64,000 nucleotides of DNA from the human T2T-CHM13v2.0 reference genome, Homo sapiens: NCBI RefSeq assembly GCF_009914755.1, contig NC_060932.1. One strand, written 5' to 3'. The notes below the pieces were generated by a model that saw only the letters and a list, made by a program, of their open reading frames with translations, had not been told where the DNA came from and made no database searches. Position numbers and translations under genes: made by a program. Positions 50,821 through 64,000 of this stretch are shown one piece after another; the stretch's first letter is position 1; the number at the start of each line of letters is the position of its first letter.

Positions 50821-53034
50821 AAAGAAAAACTGCCTGGAAGTTATTGTTGCTGAGTGGGAGATAAGATTAATGGATAGCCTTAAGAGCCCGGAATAAGTCA
50901 GAAATTTGGTCTGGTCTAATCCCACTTAGTGCTTCTGTTAGATTGGAATGAAAATCACCTTTGTCACCCATTCTTTATTTCAAATGGTCCTTTATTTCCC
51001 CAGTTTGTAGATGACTGATCTCAACTAAAGTATGTGAAATATTTGCTATGTGACACTTTAATGTTTCTTGCTGGGTGCCTAAAATATTTTTGCTATGTGA
51101 AAAGCCACTGTCAACCCTATCTGTAACACCCTCTAAACAGAAAAAGAGGAGTCAAATAAGGAAACTACAGTGAATTTTCCAACATTCACAGAGGTGATAG
51201 TTCTACCAACCTGAAACTAATTAAGCAGTTAAAAGCAGTAGAAATGCATTATTTCAGAGTAAAAAAACCAATGCAAGTCTTTACCATTAATTTATATACA
51301 ACCCATTTGACTTTCTGTTTCAGTCATATTAAATTTTTGGTGATGGGCTTGTACCTTTGTGCAGGCAGGTTCTATTTAGATTTTCAAGTAGAAGAGCCAA
51401 ATAAAATGTCTTAAGACATTCTTTGGCACAGTTAGAAGCATGAAGGGCCAAAAATTTCATGAGAAAAAACAACCTGTTTTCTTAGTTTCTAGTCCGACTA
51501 GGCTCCTAATTCCTAATATTATTCTCAGTTTGTGGAAGAGAAACCAAAGACTAGAGATGAAATAACAGAAAGCAGAGTGGCAAAAGGGTGTTACTACCTG
51601 CTTCTTTGCTTGATAGAAGAGAAAGGTAAGTGAGTGCATGCACTAGCACAGGTATAAAGCATAAGCTTCAGGGTTCAAGGTCAGTCCAAATAATGAGTAC
51701 TGAAGCTAATTTGCTCTGTTTCCAATTTTAAAAAACAGTTTAATGAAGAGAAAAGTTCTGTAACTTGCTTAAGGTCACATAATTAGTAGATGCCTTGTCT
51801 TTTAAATCCACATCTGCCTGACTCTAAAACCTCTGTTCAGTTTGCCTCGTTTTATCCCTTTCTATGTATTCTTCAATTCTATTTATGCTTCCGGCTTTTC
51901 TTCTCCTTCTCTCTTTTTTGGCACCAATTTTTCTGTGAGTATTCCTTCTTCCATATGCTTTCCCAGCTTTTCCTCACTACCTCTCGAACTCCTTTCCTTT
52001 TCTCTTAAATAACAATTTTGTTTTTACTCTACTGAAAAAGATGAAGTGGCATCAAAAGATGATTGCATGTTTAGATTAAATGTCTTAAAATTGTTTATCC
52101 TGACCTCATAATTCCCTTTTTAAGAATTTTTCTAAATAATCAGAGATATAGGCAAAATGTGTATACAAGGAAGAAAATCCAAGTATCATTTATAGTATTA
52201 AAAATTAGAATAATCTTAATGTCTAATGGTAGAGTTAAATAAATCCTTGTGTGTGTGTGCATACATACATATATAAAATATAATGAACAAATTATAGTTA
52301 CTTGAGATAATGAATAATGACAGAAAAATGTTCATTATATATTTAAAAATTCATCATGAGCTCATTTATTATAGTTAGAACATTACCTGTTTCTTTAAAT
52401 ACCATGTAACACCCACCTGACAGTAAGTAAAAAACAAAAAAGTGTCTTAAAAATAGTGTATAAAAAAAGACAATAATATGTTCCATATAACGTAAATATA
52501 GTGGAAAAATACCTGTATAGAAGAGGACTGGATATGTATGCACTAAAATGTTAGCAGTTGTTACCTCAGAATGATGGCATTGTGGTTAAATTTAATTTTT
52601 GAATTTCTAGTTTTTTTCTTTTTCAATGAACATTTATCAGGTTTAAAATAAAGATGACCATAACAAATATTTTACATATATCATTATTAAACTTTATTAT
52701 TATTTTCCTTAGGAGAAAGGGTAGGTTGAAAAGTCAAGATTTTTTTTTTTTTCCTTTAGGCTGGGAAGACTAATCAGAGAGACTGCGAAGTAAAAGGGTT
52801 GTTTATGATTCACCATCAAACACATGTCTTTAATTATCACTCTGAATCCACATAACAATATTCCTTTTTGGCACAAGGTCTGTACTAGATGAATGATAAA
52901 AAAGAGCCATAAGTGTGTAAGTGCCATAAGTGTGTAGTATTCAGAGACAGACAAGATCCTCTCTAGTTGCAGTGGTCAAAAAGTCTTATCGAGTAGGAAG
53001 GCTTTGACATGAACCTTTTTTTTCTAAGTTTAAA

Positions 53035-53332
53035 ACTATTTTATTTATTTTTTCAGAGACAGGGTCTTGCTTTGTCACCCAGGCTGGAGTGCAGTGGCGG
53101 GATCATAGCAGCCTCAAGCTCCTAGGCTCAAGTGATCTTCCTGCCTCAGCCTCCCAAGTAGTTAGGACTACAGACATGTGCCACCATGACCAACTACGTT
53201 TTAAATTTATTTTTGTAGCAACAGGGTCTCCGTATGTTGCCCTGTCTGGTCTCAAACTCCTGGCCTCAAGTAATCCTCCTATGTCGGCCTCCCAAAGCAC
53301 TGGGGTTACAGGCATTAGCTACTGTTCCCAGC
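53035..53332 (-). mobile_element. AluJ
   Basis: Diverged reverse Alu. Confidence 0.9.
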
Positions 53333-53369
53333 TTTCATTTGGACTTTAATGGATAAGGAAGACTTAGAG

Positions 53370-53806
53370 CAGCATTATCAAATTCTTTGGCCTTAGGACC
53401 CCTGTATAACACTCTTCAATATTATTGAGGACCCCAAACAGGTTTTGTTTATATGGGTTATATCTATCTGTATTTACCATATTAGAAATTAAAACAGACA
53501 ATTTACAAATATTTATTAATTTATTTTAACCTAAATTACATGTTAACATAAATATTTTTATGAACTATATTTCCCCAAACAAAAACAGTTAGCAAAGTGG
53601 TATTGTTTTACATTTTGCATTTTAACAGGAGACAGGTGGGTTCTTATATTTGCTTCCGTTGTGATACTGCATGTCATGTAGCCTCTGGAAAACTCTACTG
53701 TACACCTGTAACAGAATGAGAGTAAAAAGGCAAATAGCATCTTAGTATTATTATGAGCGTACCATTGACATTGTGGGCCCCCGAGAAGCACTCTGAGAAC
53801 CACTGA
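53370..53806. mobile_element. hAT-Charlie-type DNA transposon remnant
   Basis: Termini cagcattatcaaa ... tgagaaccactg resemble Charlie-family TIRs. Confidence 0.55.
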
Positions 53807-56800
53807 TTAAAAAAGACTAAGGGCAAAATAGAGGGATGGCATAATTTTAAAGGTAGGAGGGTATAAGGCATGTTACAGAGAGAGCAAACAGACCAATCTG
53901 GTAGTTGTGAAAGATTCACATGGGGGAGGTGGAGGAGATATGGCTAGAAATGTATACTGGGGGATCGTGTTATATCAATTAAAAAATACTAGCTTCCTTA
54001 ATTATGACCATCTTCACTGACCTCTAATTTTGGCATCAGTAAGCTTCAGGGTAGGAATGATAGAAGAGAAATTCATATTGGTTTCAGGCAACTCTAAAGT
54101 TATGTGGCTGACAGTATTCTAATTGATTTGTTGATTGCTTTATCTATTTAATGTATTTAGTGTTTACTACATTCAAAGAAGCAACATAAGAACTAGTGAT
54201 ACAACGGTGATAAAGACACAGTCTCTACTTTATAGGAGCTCCCAATTGAGTGGAAGATTCAGATATTAAAATAAGCAATACACTCATTAATCTGGAGGAA
54301 GACAGAGGAGAGGGCTGCTAACTGTGCCTGGGTGGTGTCATAGACAGCATTGTACAGGAAACCTTTAAGTCCCAAATACTAATAACCACTGATACATGAC
54401 CATGGTGAGAAATACTTGATGTATAAGGATGACAGATTCAGTACTAGAGTTAATACAGTAGTTCTGGTGAGATAGTCAGATAGTCTATAGAAAAATTTCC
54501 TGAATATATGTTCTCTTTTGAAAGTAAGAGTGTACAAATTTTCTTTCTCCTAAAGCCCTGCAGCATCTTTCTACTGCTAGGCCTGGGAGACACCATCAGT
54601 TATCTTAATGTCTCTATTTTCTTCAGTTTGATCACCTTTTTAAATCTTTTTGTTCTCTGTGACTCAGTAACAAGAGTGAAGGGGAGGAAGAAATTTAGGT
54701 AATTACAACAGCTTTAAACTAAGAACTGAGAACACCTTTACTAACCCAACTAATTATGATTAAATACGTAAATAGAGAACCTATCTCCCAGCACCACCTG
54801 CAGGGGATGAGGAAGTCTGCAACAGGATTCAACACTTCCTTTTCTGCCAACATATCTTTAGCCCAACATTCCATTATTGAGAATCTACCAAGTTAAAAGC
54901 CTGCTTTTAGTGGCTGAGGAGAATACAAAGACCAATAAGGATAATCTACCCATACTCTGAGGAACATTATTAAAACTTGGGGATGTTTGTGATAATTAAA
55001 ATAGCTTGGAAAGAACTGATTAAATCGAAGAGAATCAGACTTCTTTTGTGAAGATTGAATAGTAAAGCAACTACTGCATTGCCATTTTACATCCCCCACT
55101 GATAGAAACTAATAACAAAGGTGATTCCACAGTTTTAAAAGTAAAATAATAATGATTAGTTTTGGATCTTCAAGTCTGTTAAGTTTGCAATATGATGGGA
55201 AAAGCCTGTGTTGCACACCGTCTTATATGGACCTGTTAAGCATGCTCTTTTCCTAATTTAAGGCTGGCCCCAGACAGCTACCTTAGGGCTCTCTGCTAGT
55301 CATTAGAGGAATCAGATGGAAAAAGATACATGGATTAGTATAAATCCATATGCACCTATTCAGTAAGTAATAAGAACTTTTTCCAGTAAGAGCTTTTTCT
55401 TTACTTATCAAATCATGTCCTAGAATTTAAAGAGAATGAGGTTTTCAAAAGTTCCTAGTCTTTTGAAATCTCACAAACAAGGATAAAATATTTGTTTTTT
55501 GATTTCAGAATTTAACAAAGAAGCAGAATATACCAGACACACAAGAAGCAAAAGAAATGAAATGAGCATTCATAACAACACGCTTAGAGCACAGAAAGCC
55601 TTATCCTGGGTGAGTGATCAGGAATATGAATAAAGCTGATCTGTAGGATGGCTTTCAATGTTTTTGTTTAGATGTGCAGTCTTACTATATGTACAGGCAA
55701 GATTACTAGAGGGAACAGTCAGTCAGCTATCACCCATCCTACAACCCAAGAAAATGCTCACAGGCACCTGGGTAGTCATATTCAGGTGTTCTCAGTCTTT
55801 TTTCACTAGAGTTTTGAACTGCCTATTGTATATTAAGGCTTGAGTTACCACTCCCAATTTATACCACTTTCCAAAATCACACCACACATTATAAAAACAA
55901 TGATATGGATTGGTAATTACAATAATACACCGTCAGAGGTAAAGGGATACAATATGTCATGTAGACCAGTTATTTCTCAACGTATGGGTTCTATATCTGC
56001 AAAATAATGTATTGGTTATTACAAATTCAGACTACTAGGCTCCATGTCAAAACGAATCAATTTCAAGCCAAGGATGGAATCCAAGAATCTGCATTTTTGA
56101 CAAGCTCCTTAAGATGATATGTGCATTAAGGTTTGGGAACCATTCATATAGTCAAACTCCTTCATATGACAGATAAGGACATCATATGAGAGAAGTTAAG
56201 TGATTTGGCCAAAGTGGACAGCCAGTCAGAGGCAGAAACCAGACTCACACTTAAATCTTGACTCCTAAGCTACAATTTTTCCAGTTATAAATAGTTTGTA
56301 TTTATTTGTAAATTCCCGGTACACCTAAATGAAAACGGAATTTGAGGTCTTTGTTCCTTGACATTCCCCAAAGGTTTAATACCAATAATTTACTATTAAT
56401 GGGCTCCCAGCACTTGCTAAGTAAGCTGTTGTCTTCCGATTTAGGGAATATCAACTATAGAAGCTTGTGGACAAAGGTGTTTTGTTAACTTGTTACCATC
56501 CCATTCCCCTTCACAATAAGACATGCAAGTTCATTTATCAACAAGAGCATATACTCATTTTTCTCAAATCACAAGAGACAATAAAAAGTAAATGGAAAAC
56601 CCTGCTACTAGTGTTAAACAAGAATATCCCACCCTCTATAACAACATACCATATGGTATTTCCCTACCTTGTTCAGTATTTAACCTAACAATTTATTGCT
56701 AGGCTTCTTGGCAGCAAGCTGTGCAAGTTGAAGTGGAATCTGATTGAGGTGAGTTAATTAATGTGGTGGCAGCTCGGAATGTTGTCCAGCTGCCAGTGAG

Positions 56801-58288
56801 AATTATGTTTGTTTGCCTTTGGCCCAAGTGTGAAATGGCTGGCTGTTGATTTCAGAAGTGTGAGTGTACATTTTTATATCTCACATGAATGAATACATTT
56901 TTTGTATCCTACACATTTGGGGAAATGCTAAAATTTATTGGGTCATGTTATTTACCACTTGTGTGGCAGAAAGAGAAAGGTGGAATTTTGCCCCAGAGGT
57001 TGACTTTGCATCTGTAGAAAAAGCAAAAGCAGGTGGCATATAAATCCATGAGCAGGTAAATAAGCTGTCTGAAATTAGCTCATCTGGCCTAATGTTTTAA
57101 AGAATAACTTTTAAAAGGAGGTAGGCAAGATTTTTGAACCAGAAAAGAATAACTCTTGTAATGATGAAAGGATTTTGAAAGTAGGAAACATAGTTTTTAG
57201 ATTTCCCTGGAAAGACATGGCTTTTGGATTTACTGTTGACTTACATTTACAATTCTTATTTTTACTACACACAACCTTCTATTGAATACATCATCTCACT
57301 GTGCAATCTTCCTTTCTATCTATAACTGATGACAGTGATTTCTGTGATGTGTTCTTAATGTTCTTGATAATTTTGACTAGCTGTTACTGATATGAGCAGG
57401 GGGTTCTCCAATTCAAGCAGTCAATAACTGACACTAAACTAACAAAGTTCAAAGAACATTTGAAGTGTGTCAGATATTATTCCCCTATTTTTTTCTATGT
57501 AATATCCTGTTAAGTTAAAATGCCTTGAGAAAAGTTTACCTTAGATTAAGGAAATAGATACTTAAAAATATAATGTATAAATATTTCTTTTATTTTACCA
57601 TTTTGAACAAAATTAATACACTAAAAGCAAAGGAAATAGCATGGAAGTGATGTAAGAGCAAATAATATGAAAAGTTTGCAAATCTAACAAAGCATTACCA
57701 AAACCCTTTTTGATGACAAACAGATTTCCTTAAATTTTGATGTTACCATGAGGATATTAAGAAAACTTTAAAATAAAAGTGTTCATACTTTGGAAGACAT
57801 TCAATGAAATTAGTCTGGTAAAAAATCTAGTAAAAATAGTATTTTAGATGCAGAAGTATATAGAAAAAACACAAGTGAATTAGTGCAGATATAGGACCAT
57901 GGATTCACAGAACTTTAGAGAATAAAGAGAAAGTAAGGAAATTTGAATAAAGTATGAATTTAGTTAGTAATAATGGATTGATATTTGCTCATTGATCATT
58001 ACAAATGTACCATACTCATGTATGATGTTAATAATAGGAGAACTAGACAGATTCCTAGGCTAAGTTTCTGTGTTGGTAAAATTCATATACATATGAAGTA
58101 CTGAATGAATGGTATCATTCTTAAGGTATTATAACTTGTGTTGATGTCAGTAATCATCTACTACATGACAACTTCTAGAGATTCATAGGATTGTGATATT
58201 TGTTATGCTAAGGCCTCCTGAACAAAAATGGCACTTTATTTAGAAGGTGCATCAGTGTATTAGTTATTTGTGTTAAGAATTACCTCAA

Positions 58289-58603
<315 letters not shown>

Positions 58604-58755
58604 TTACCTCAAAATCTGGTAGATTAAAGCACTAAATATTATCTCATAATTTCTGCTGTGGTTCAGGAATTTAAGAGCAGCTTACCTAGGGGGTTCTGGC
58701 TCAGGGTCTCTCATGAGGTTGCAGTCAAGATGTCATCCTGAACTAGAGTTATTTT

Positions 58756-60612
58756 ATTTTTTTACACAATGAATTACTTTTATTTCGGTATGCATCCACA
58801 TTTCAGCATTTAATGGTCCTGAACAGAAAGTGGAAAGACGCACCAATTTCCCAGGAGGTCAAGCCCGCCAATTTCAGGGATCTGCTATGCACACTGGGTT
58901 CTTTCTTAATCCCTGCTGAGGATCTTGAGAAGCAGCAGCAGCACCAAAACCAAGGCACGCACTGGATTCAAGGTTCTTTTTGTTCCAGTTGTCAGATTCC
59001 AAACTAGACCTCAATGGATTGCAAGGATGACCAAATGAAAGCCCTGTTTAAAACTTCTTCAGTTTTTAAAAGCAAAAGCAATTACAGGAAGTAAAACAAT
59101 TCAGAGGGATCACGTGTGCTTACAAGTGTCTTCTTGTGGTCTTTCTCCAATTTCAACCACCAAGGACTCCGAGAGCTGGCAGGTCTGAGTAACCCTGGTG
59201 ACTTTCCTTTTCACCTTATCAAAACCTGAGCTAAAAACAACGCATCAGCTGACGACAGCAGAGGGTGGCAGGGCTGAAAACCCAATATTCATTTCCCAGG
59301 CTGATGGAGAATGAATAAGTATGGTTCCAAAACTAAACAAGGGAGGTTAGAGACTTTCTAACCTTACCTGATGGCTTCTGCCCAAAGCAAGGAAGTGTCA
59401 TGGAAGGTATTGAGTGGTGATGGTGCAGAAAGCAACTTGAGGAGGGAAGAAAAAACAGCATCCCTCGATAAAGGTGGGGGAGAGAAGATACTGGGAAAGC
59501 CCTGAATTCCTTACCAAAGGCCAATCTTAGAGGGGAGCGGAGGGGTTACAACCTATGCTTCTGCCAAAGGCAGGAGTGGAGGAGTGTGGGGACAGGATGA
59601 CGGATTGGAAGGTGCATAAGACTTAAAGAAACCAGGGGTGCAGGTGAAGCACCCCACACACCTAGCAGTAGTCCCACAGGCTGCAACCTGAAACCTTCAC
59701 ATCCACTCTAACAAGCCAAGCTAGAGGGCTGTTGCAGGGAGGGTGGGAGGCAGGAGGGTAAGGGGAGAAGGCAGAGACCCCCAGGCCATGTAATCAGCAA
59801 GGTGATTGTGTGATGTTTCTTTTCACAGTTGAGTTAGATATGCCCCACTAGTTATGATGGGAATCAATTTAATTAGAATTTCTCGATTCCAGAAGTTCAA
59901 CTACGTGGACAGTGGTTACACTTGATAGGATGATTTGTTATAGCAAAACTTATATATTTCAAATGGATAATTAGTATCATTTACAGTATCTTAAGATAAA
60001 TTTCCTTTGAATTGGAGCTTCCTTTCCAGTACTTTGAGGTCTACATGATGTATCTAGAAAATTTACTACTGTGGAAAACGAAGACTGCTTAAATCGAATC
60101 GGGCGGGGGGAAGCGGAAGGGCCTGTGGTTTTTCTTTTTGATTAATTGCTGTAACACTGTCCTGCCGGTGGCTGAGGGAGTTTCATATTTTCTTTAGACA
60201 TCAATAGGCACTGAAGCTCTTGCAGGACAACTTTGATGCTATATGAATTCTGCCATTTTGCTAGCACTGATATGGCTCTTGGGTCCACTACTCCATTAGA
60301 ACTATTAACTCCATTTACATTAATTTTTGTTACAAATCTTACAAAGGGGGGTGCTAGTGGGTATTTAGGTCCACATTCTATTTTAAGGCTGTATATTTGG
60401 TTTTCATAAATTGTTCTTGGAGGCCCAATTATCATCCCTGTCCATCTTTTGTCATGTCTTCATCATCTTCTAGACCTCAGCTAACTGTGCCATCTCCTAC
60501 TCCTTTCTGGCCTTCTCTGAGTTCTTCCAACAGTCAGAAATTGTGAGGGACTTTTACTCCCGAGCCCATGGTGGCTGCCGTCTTGCGTTGCTGACGCTTG
60601 AAGGCCGGCCCC
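58756..60612 (-). pseudogene. Processed pseudogene of UBE2V1 (UEV1A, ubiquitin-conjugating enzyme E2 variant 1): 5' UTR, CDS remnant 60142-60581, ~1.4-kb 3' UTR
   Basis: Intronless; encodes ...GSGVKVP.NF*LLEEL... and [12 protein letters not shown]...[13 protein letters not shown]. Start ATG>ACG, stops at 60534-60536 and 60477-60479, frameshift near 60448, AATAAA at 58779-58784 (minus), poly-A remnant, degenerate 16-bp TSD. Confidence 0.95.
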
Positions 60613-61109
60613 GAACTACAGTCATCTTAAGGCTGACTGTGCTCAGATAGCCCAAGTTCTTGGGTTTCCTGTTGGCAAGAGGACTGAGTTTTTGCCATGT
60701 GGACATTGCATAGTGCAGCTTGAGTATCCTTATGACACAACAGCTGGCTTCTCCCAGAGCGAATAATCTAAGTCAAAGAACAAGGAGAAAGCCACAAAGT
60801 CTTTTATGTCCTAATTTTGGAAGTCACAAACGGTCACTTCTGCCACATTGTATTGTTAGAAGTAAGCCAATAAATATAATCCATACTCAAAGGGAGGAGA
60901 ATTAGGCTCCAACTTTTGGAGGGGGTATAATTAAATAATTTGTGGACATATTTTAAAATCACTGCAACCAATAAGGAAATTCATGTAGAAAAAGACTTTA
61001 AAGATGTTTCTGACGTTGCTAACTTAGGAAAGTATTCACCCTTTGTCACCATAACCAGGCAGGTGGACCTAGATTTCCTATAACATTTCCTTACACCAAA
61101 TTTATTCCC

Positions 61110-61862
61110 CCAGTTTTCTTCTTAAAATATGACTGCTACAACAAATTACTGTAAACTGGGTGGCTTAAACAACAGAAGTTTATTCTTTCACAGTGCTGGA
61201 GGTCAGAAGAAAATCAAGGTGTCAGCAGGGCTATACTCTCTCTAGAGGCTCTAGAGGAGAATCTGTTTTTGCCTCGTCCAGTTTCTGGTGGTTCTTGGCA
61301 TCCTCAGCTGTTAACGGTGTCATTCCAGTCTGTGTCGTCATGGTGGCATTGCTTCCTCCTATCTGTGTTATCTTTCTTTGCCTCATTCTTGTACAGACAC
61401 TTGTTACTGGATTTAGAGCTCACCTGGAAAATCTAGGATAACACTCCTCTCAATTTTTTTTTTTTGAGATGGAGTCTCGCTCTGTTGCCCAGGCTGGAGT
61501 GCAGTGGCACAATTTTGGCTCACTGCAACCTCTGCCTCCTGGGTTCAAGCTACCTCAGCCTCCTGAGTAGCTGGGATTACAGGTGCAGGCCACCACACCT
61601 GGCTAATTTTTGTATATTTAGTAGAGATGGGGTTTCGCCATGTTGGCCAGGCTGGGCTTGAACTCCTGACCTCAGGTGATTCACCCACCTCTACCTCCCA
61701 AAATGCTGGGATTACAGGCATGAGCCACCATGCTGGCCCTTAAAATTCTTAACTACATATTTTGCCCTATAAGGTAATATTCAGTCTGTTACTATATATG
61801 GGAATAGTAATGGGTTCTGGGGATTAGGCCATGTCTTTTTGGTCACCATTTAGTCCACCACA
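61110..61862. mobile_element. MLT1 (C/D/E-like) solo LTR containing a reverse Alu at 61454-61738
   Basis: MLT1 phrases (aacaaattac...aaactgggtggcttaaacaacagaagtttattc, tcaaggtgtcagcagggc) on both sides of the Alu. Confidence 0.75.
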
Positions 61863-61917
61863 CCTAGTATCTCTATTAATTAGCATGGCAAAATTGGAGA
61901 ACAAAAAGATCTCTATT

Positions 61918-62331
61918 GGCCAGTTGTGGTGGCTCATGCCTCCTAGTACCTTAGGAGGCCAAGGCTGGAGAATCACTTGAGGCCAAGAGTTCAAGGCTAG
62001 CCTGGGCAATATAGTGAGACCCCATTTCATATACATACATATATATATATACACACACACACACACATACATACATGCATATATATATACACACACACGT
62101 GTATATATATACATACACACACACACTTATATGTGTATATATATACATACACACACACATTTAAAATTAGCCAGGTGTGGTAATGCACACCTGTAGTCCT
62201 AATTACTCAGGAGGCTGAGGCGGGAGGATCACGTGAGCCTAGGAAATTGAGTTTATAGTTAGCTACATGATTGTACTACCATACCCTAGTCTGGGCGGCA
62301 GAGTCAGACCCTGTCTTGAAAAAAAAAAAAA
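61918..62331 (+). mobile_element. AluJ with a (CA/TA)n expansion in its middle linker (62028-62160)
   Basis: Left and right arms separated by ~130 nt of mixed CA/TA repeat. Confidence 0.88.
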
Positions 62332-62376
62332 AGATACTTAAGATAACCCTAAAGATTGACCACAACTTTTTAAAAC

Positions 62377-63354
<978 letters not shown>

Positions 63355-63379
63355 TAATTAAGATAATAAAATACCTGTA

Positions 63380-63830
63380 AATTCCTGTTTGGAAAAAGTG
63401 AGATGATTTTTTTTCAAAGTGTGATATAAAATTAAGAAATATTATTCTAGTTAATTTTAATAATCAAGTATTTTGAAAAAAATATGAATAACACCCATGT
63501 ACTCAACACCTATCAAATATTAACATTTTTCCTTTTGTAAAATAAGGAAAACATTACAGATACAGTTGAAATACCCAGTATTCCCTTCCCGTTTTATTTT
63601 CCATGTCTTCTTCTTCAGAGGTAATAATACTATCCTGAATTTGGTATTTACCTTTCTCATAAGTTTTAAAAATTATTCCTTTATATAAATATAGGTATCA
63701 CAATATATAGCATTTCTTGAATACCATATACATGTATATGTATGTATGTGTATATATACATATATATACACACACTATATAATATGCTATACTTGTTATT
63801 CAGATTTATTCATGTTGATAAATATATAAC
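63380..63830 (-). mobile_element. Degraded L1M 3' fragment with a TA/TG low-complexity patch
   Basis: Reverse-L1M phrases (aacacccatgtactcaacacc, gaggtaataatactatcctgaatttgg, agatttattcatgttg). Confidence 0.5.
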
Positions 63831-64000
63831 TTTGTTTAGTTTTTTTTTTTTTTCAAACTGTAGGTTTCAAATCATTAGTAGCACAGAAAATCAATATAGC
63901 AGGTCATGAACTGCTTTAGAAAAAACAGAACAGTAAATAAAATGTATCATAAGTACTCAATTTAATGCCTATATACATATATGTATGTGATTATATATAA

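Noticed and set aside
60142-60435. 97-aa UBE2V1-like ORF as a functional gene
   Set aside because: C-terminal remnant of a retrocopy whose 5' part has a lost start, two stops and a frameshift.

Overview
Primate genomic DNA, almost certainly human (Alu-rich, with an AluYg6-type copy), containing the complete OSR2 gene (odd-skipped related 2, C2H2 zinc-finger transcription factor) on the + strand at about 1.1-8.8 kb. Exon phases reconstruct a 312-aa five-finger isoform, a 276-aa three-finger isoform from an out-of-frame alternative acceptor, and a 433-aa N-terminally extended isoform from an alternative upstream exon. The remaining ~55 kb is non-coding: many Alus, a full LTR-internal-LTR MST (MaLR) element, MLT1/L2/MIR/L1/DNA-transposon remnants, an orphan CpG island at ~29-31.5 kb, microsatellites, and a full-length UBE2V1 processed pseudogene nested in an MLT1 LTR. 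I found no convincing new multi-gene system. The best leads are regulatory: an exon-1 uORF in frame with OSR2 and separated from it by one TGA, a possible OSR1-like intron-readthrough isoform, an antisense splice donor in intron 1, the orphan CpG island, and some unusual retrotransposition structures. Repeat subfamily names come from recalled consensus features, not from a database search, and repeat boundaries are approximate.
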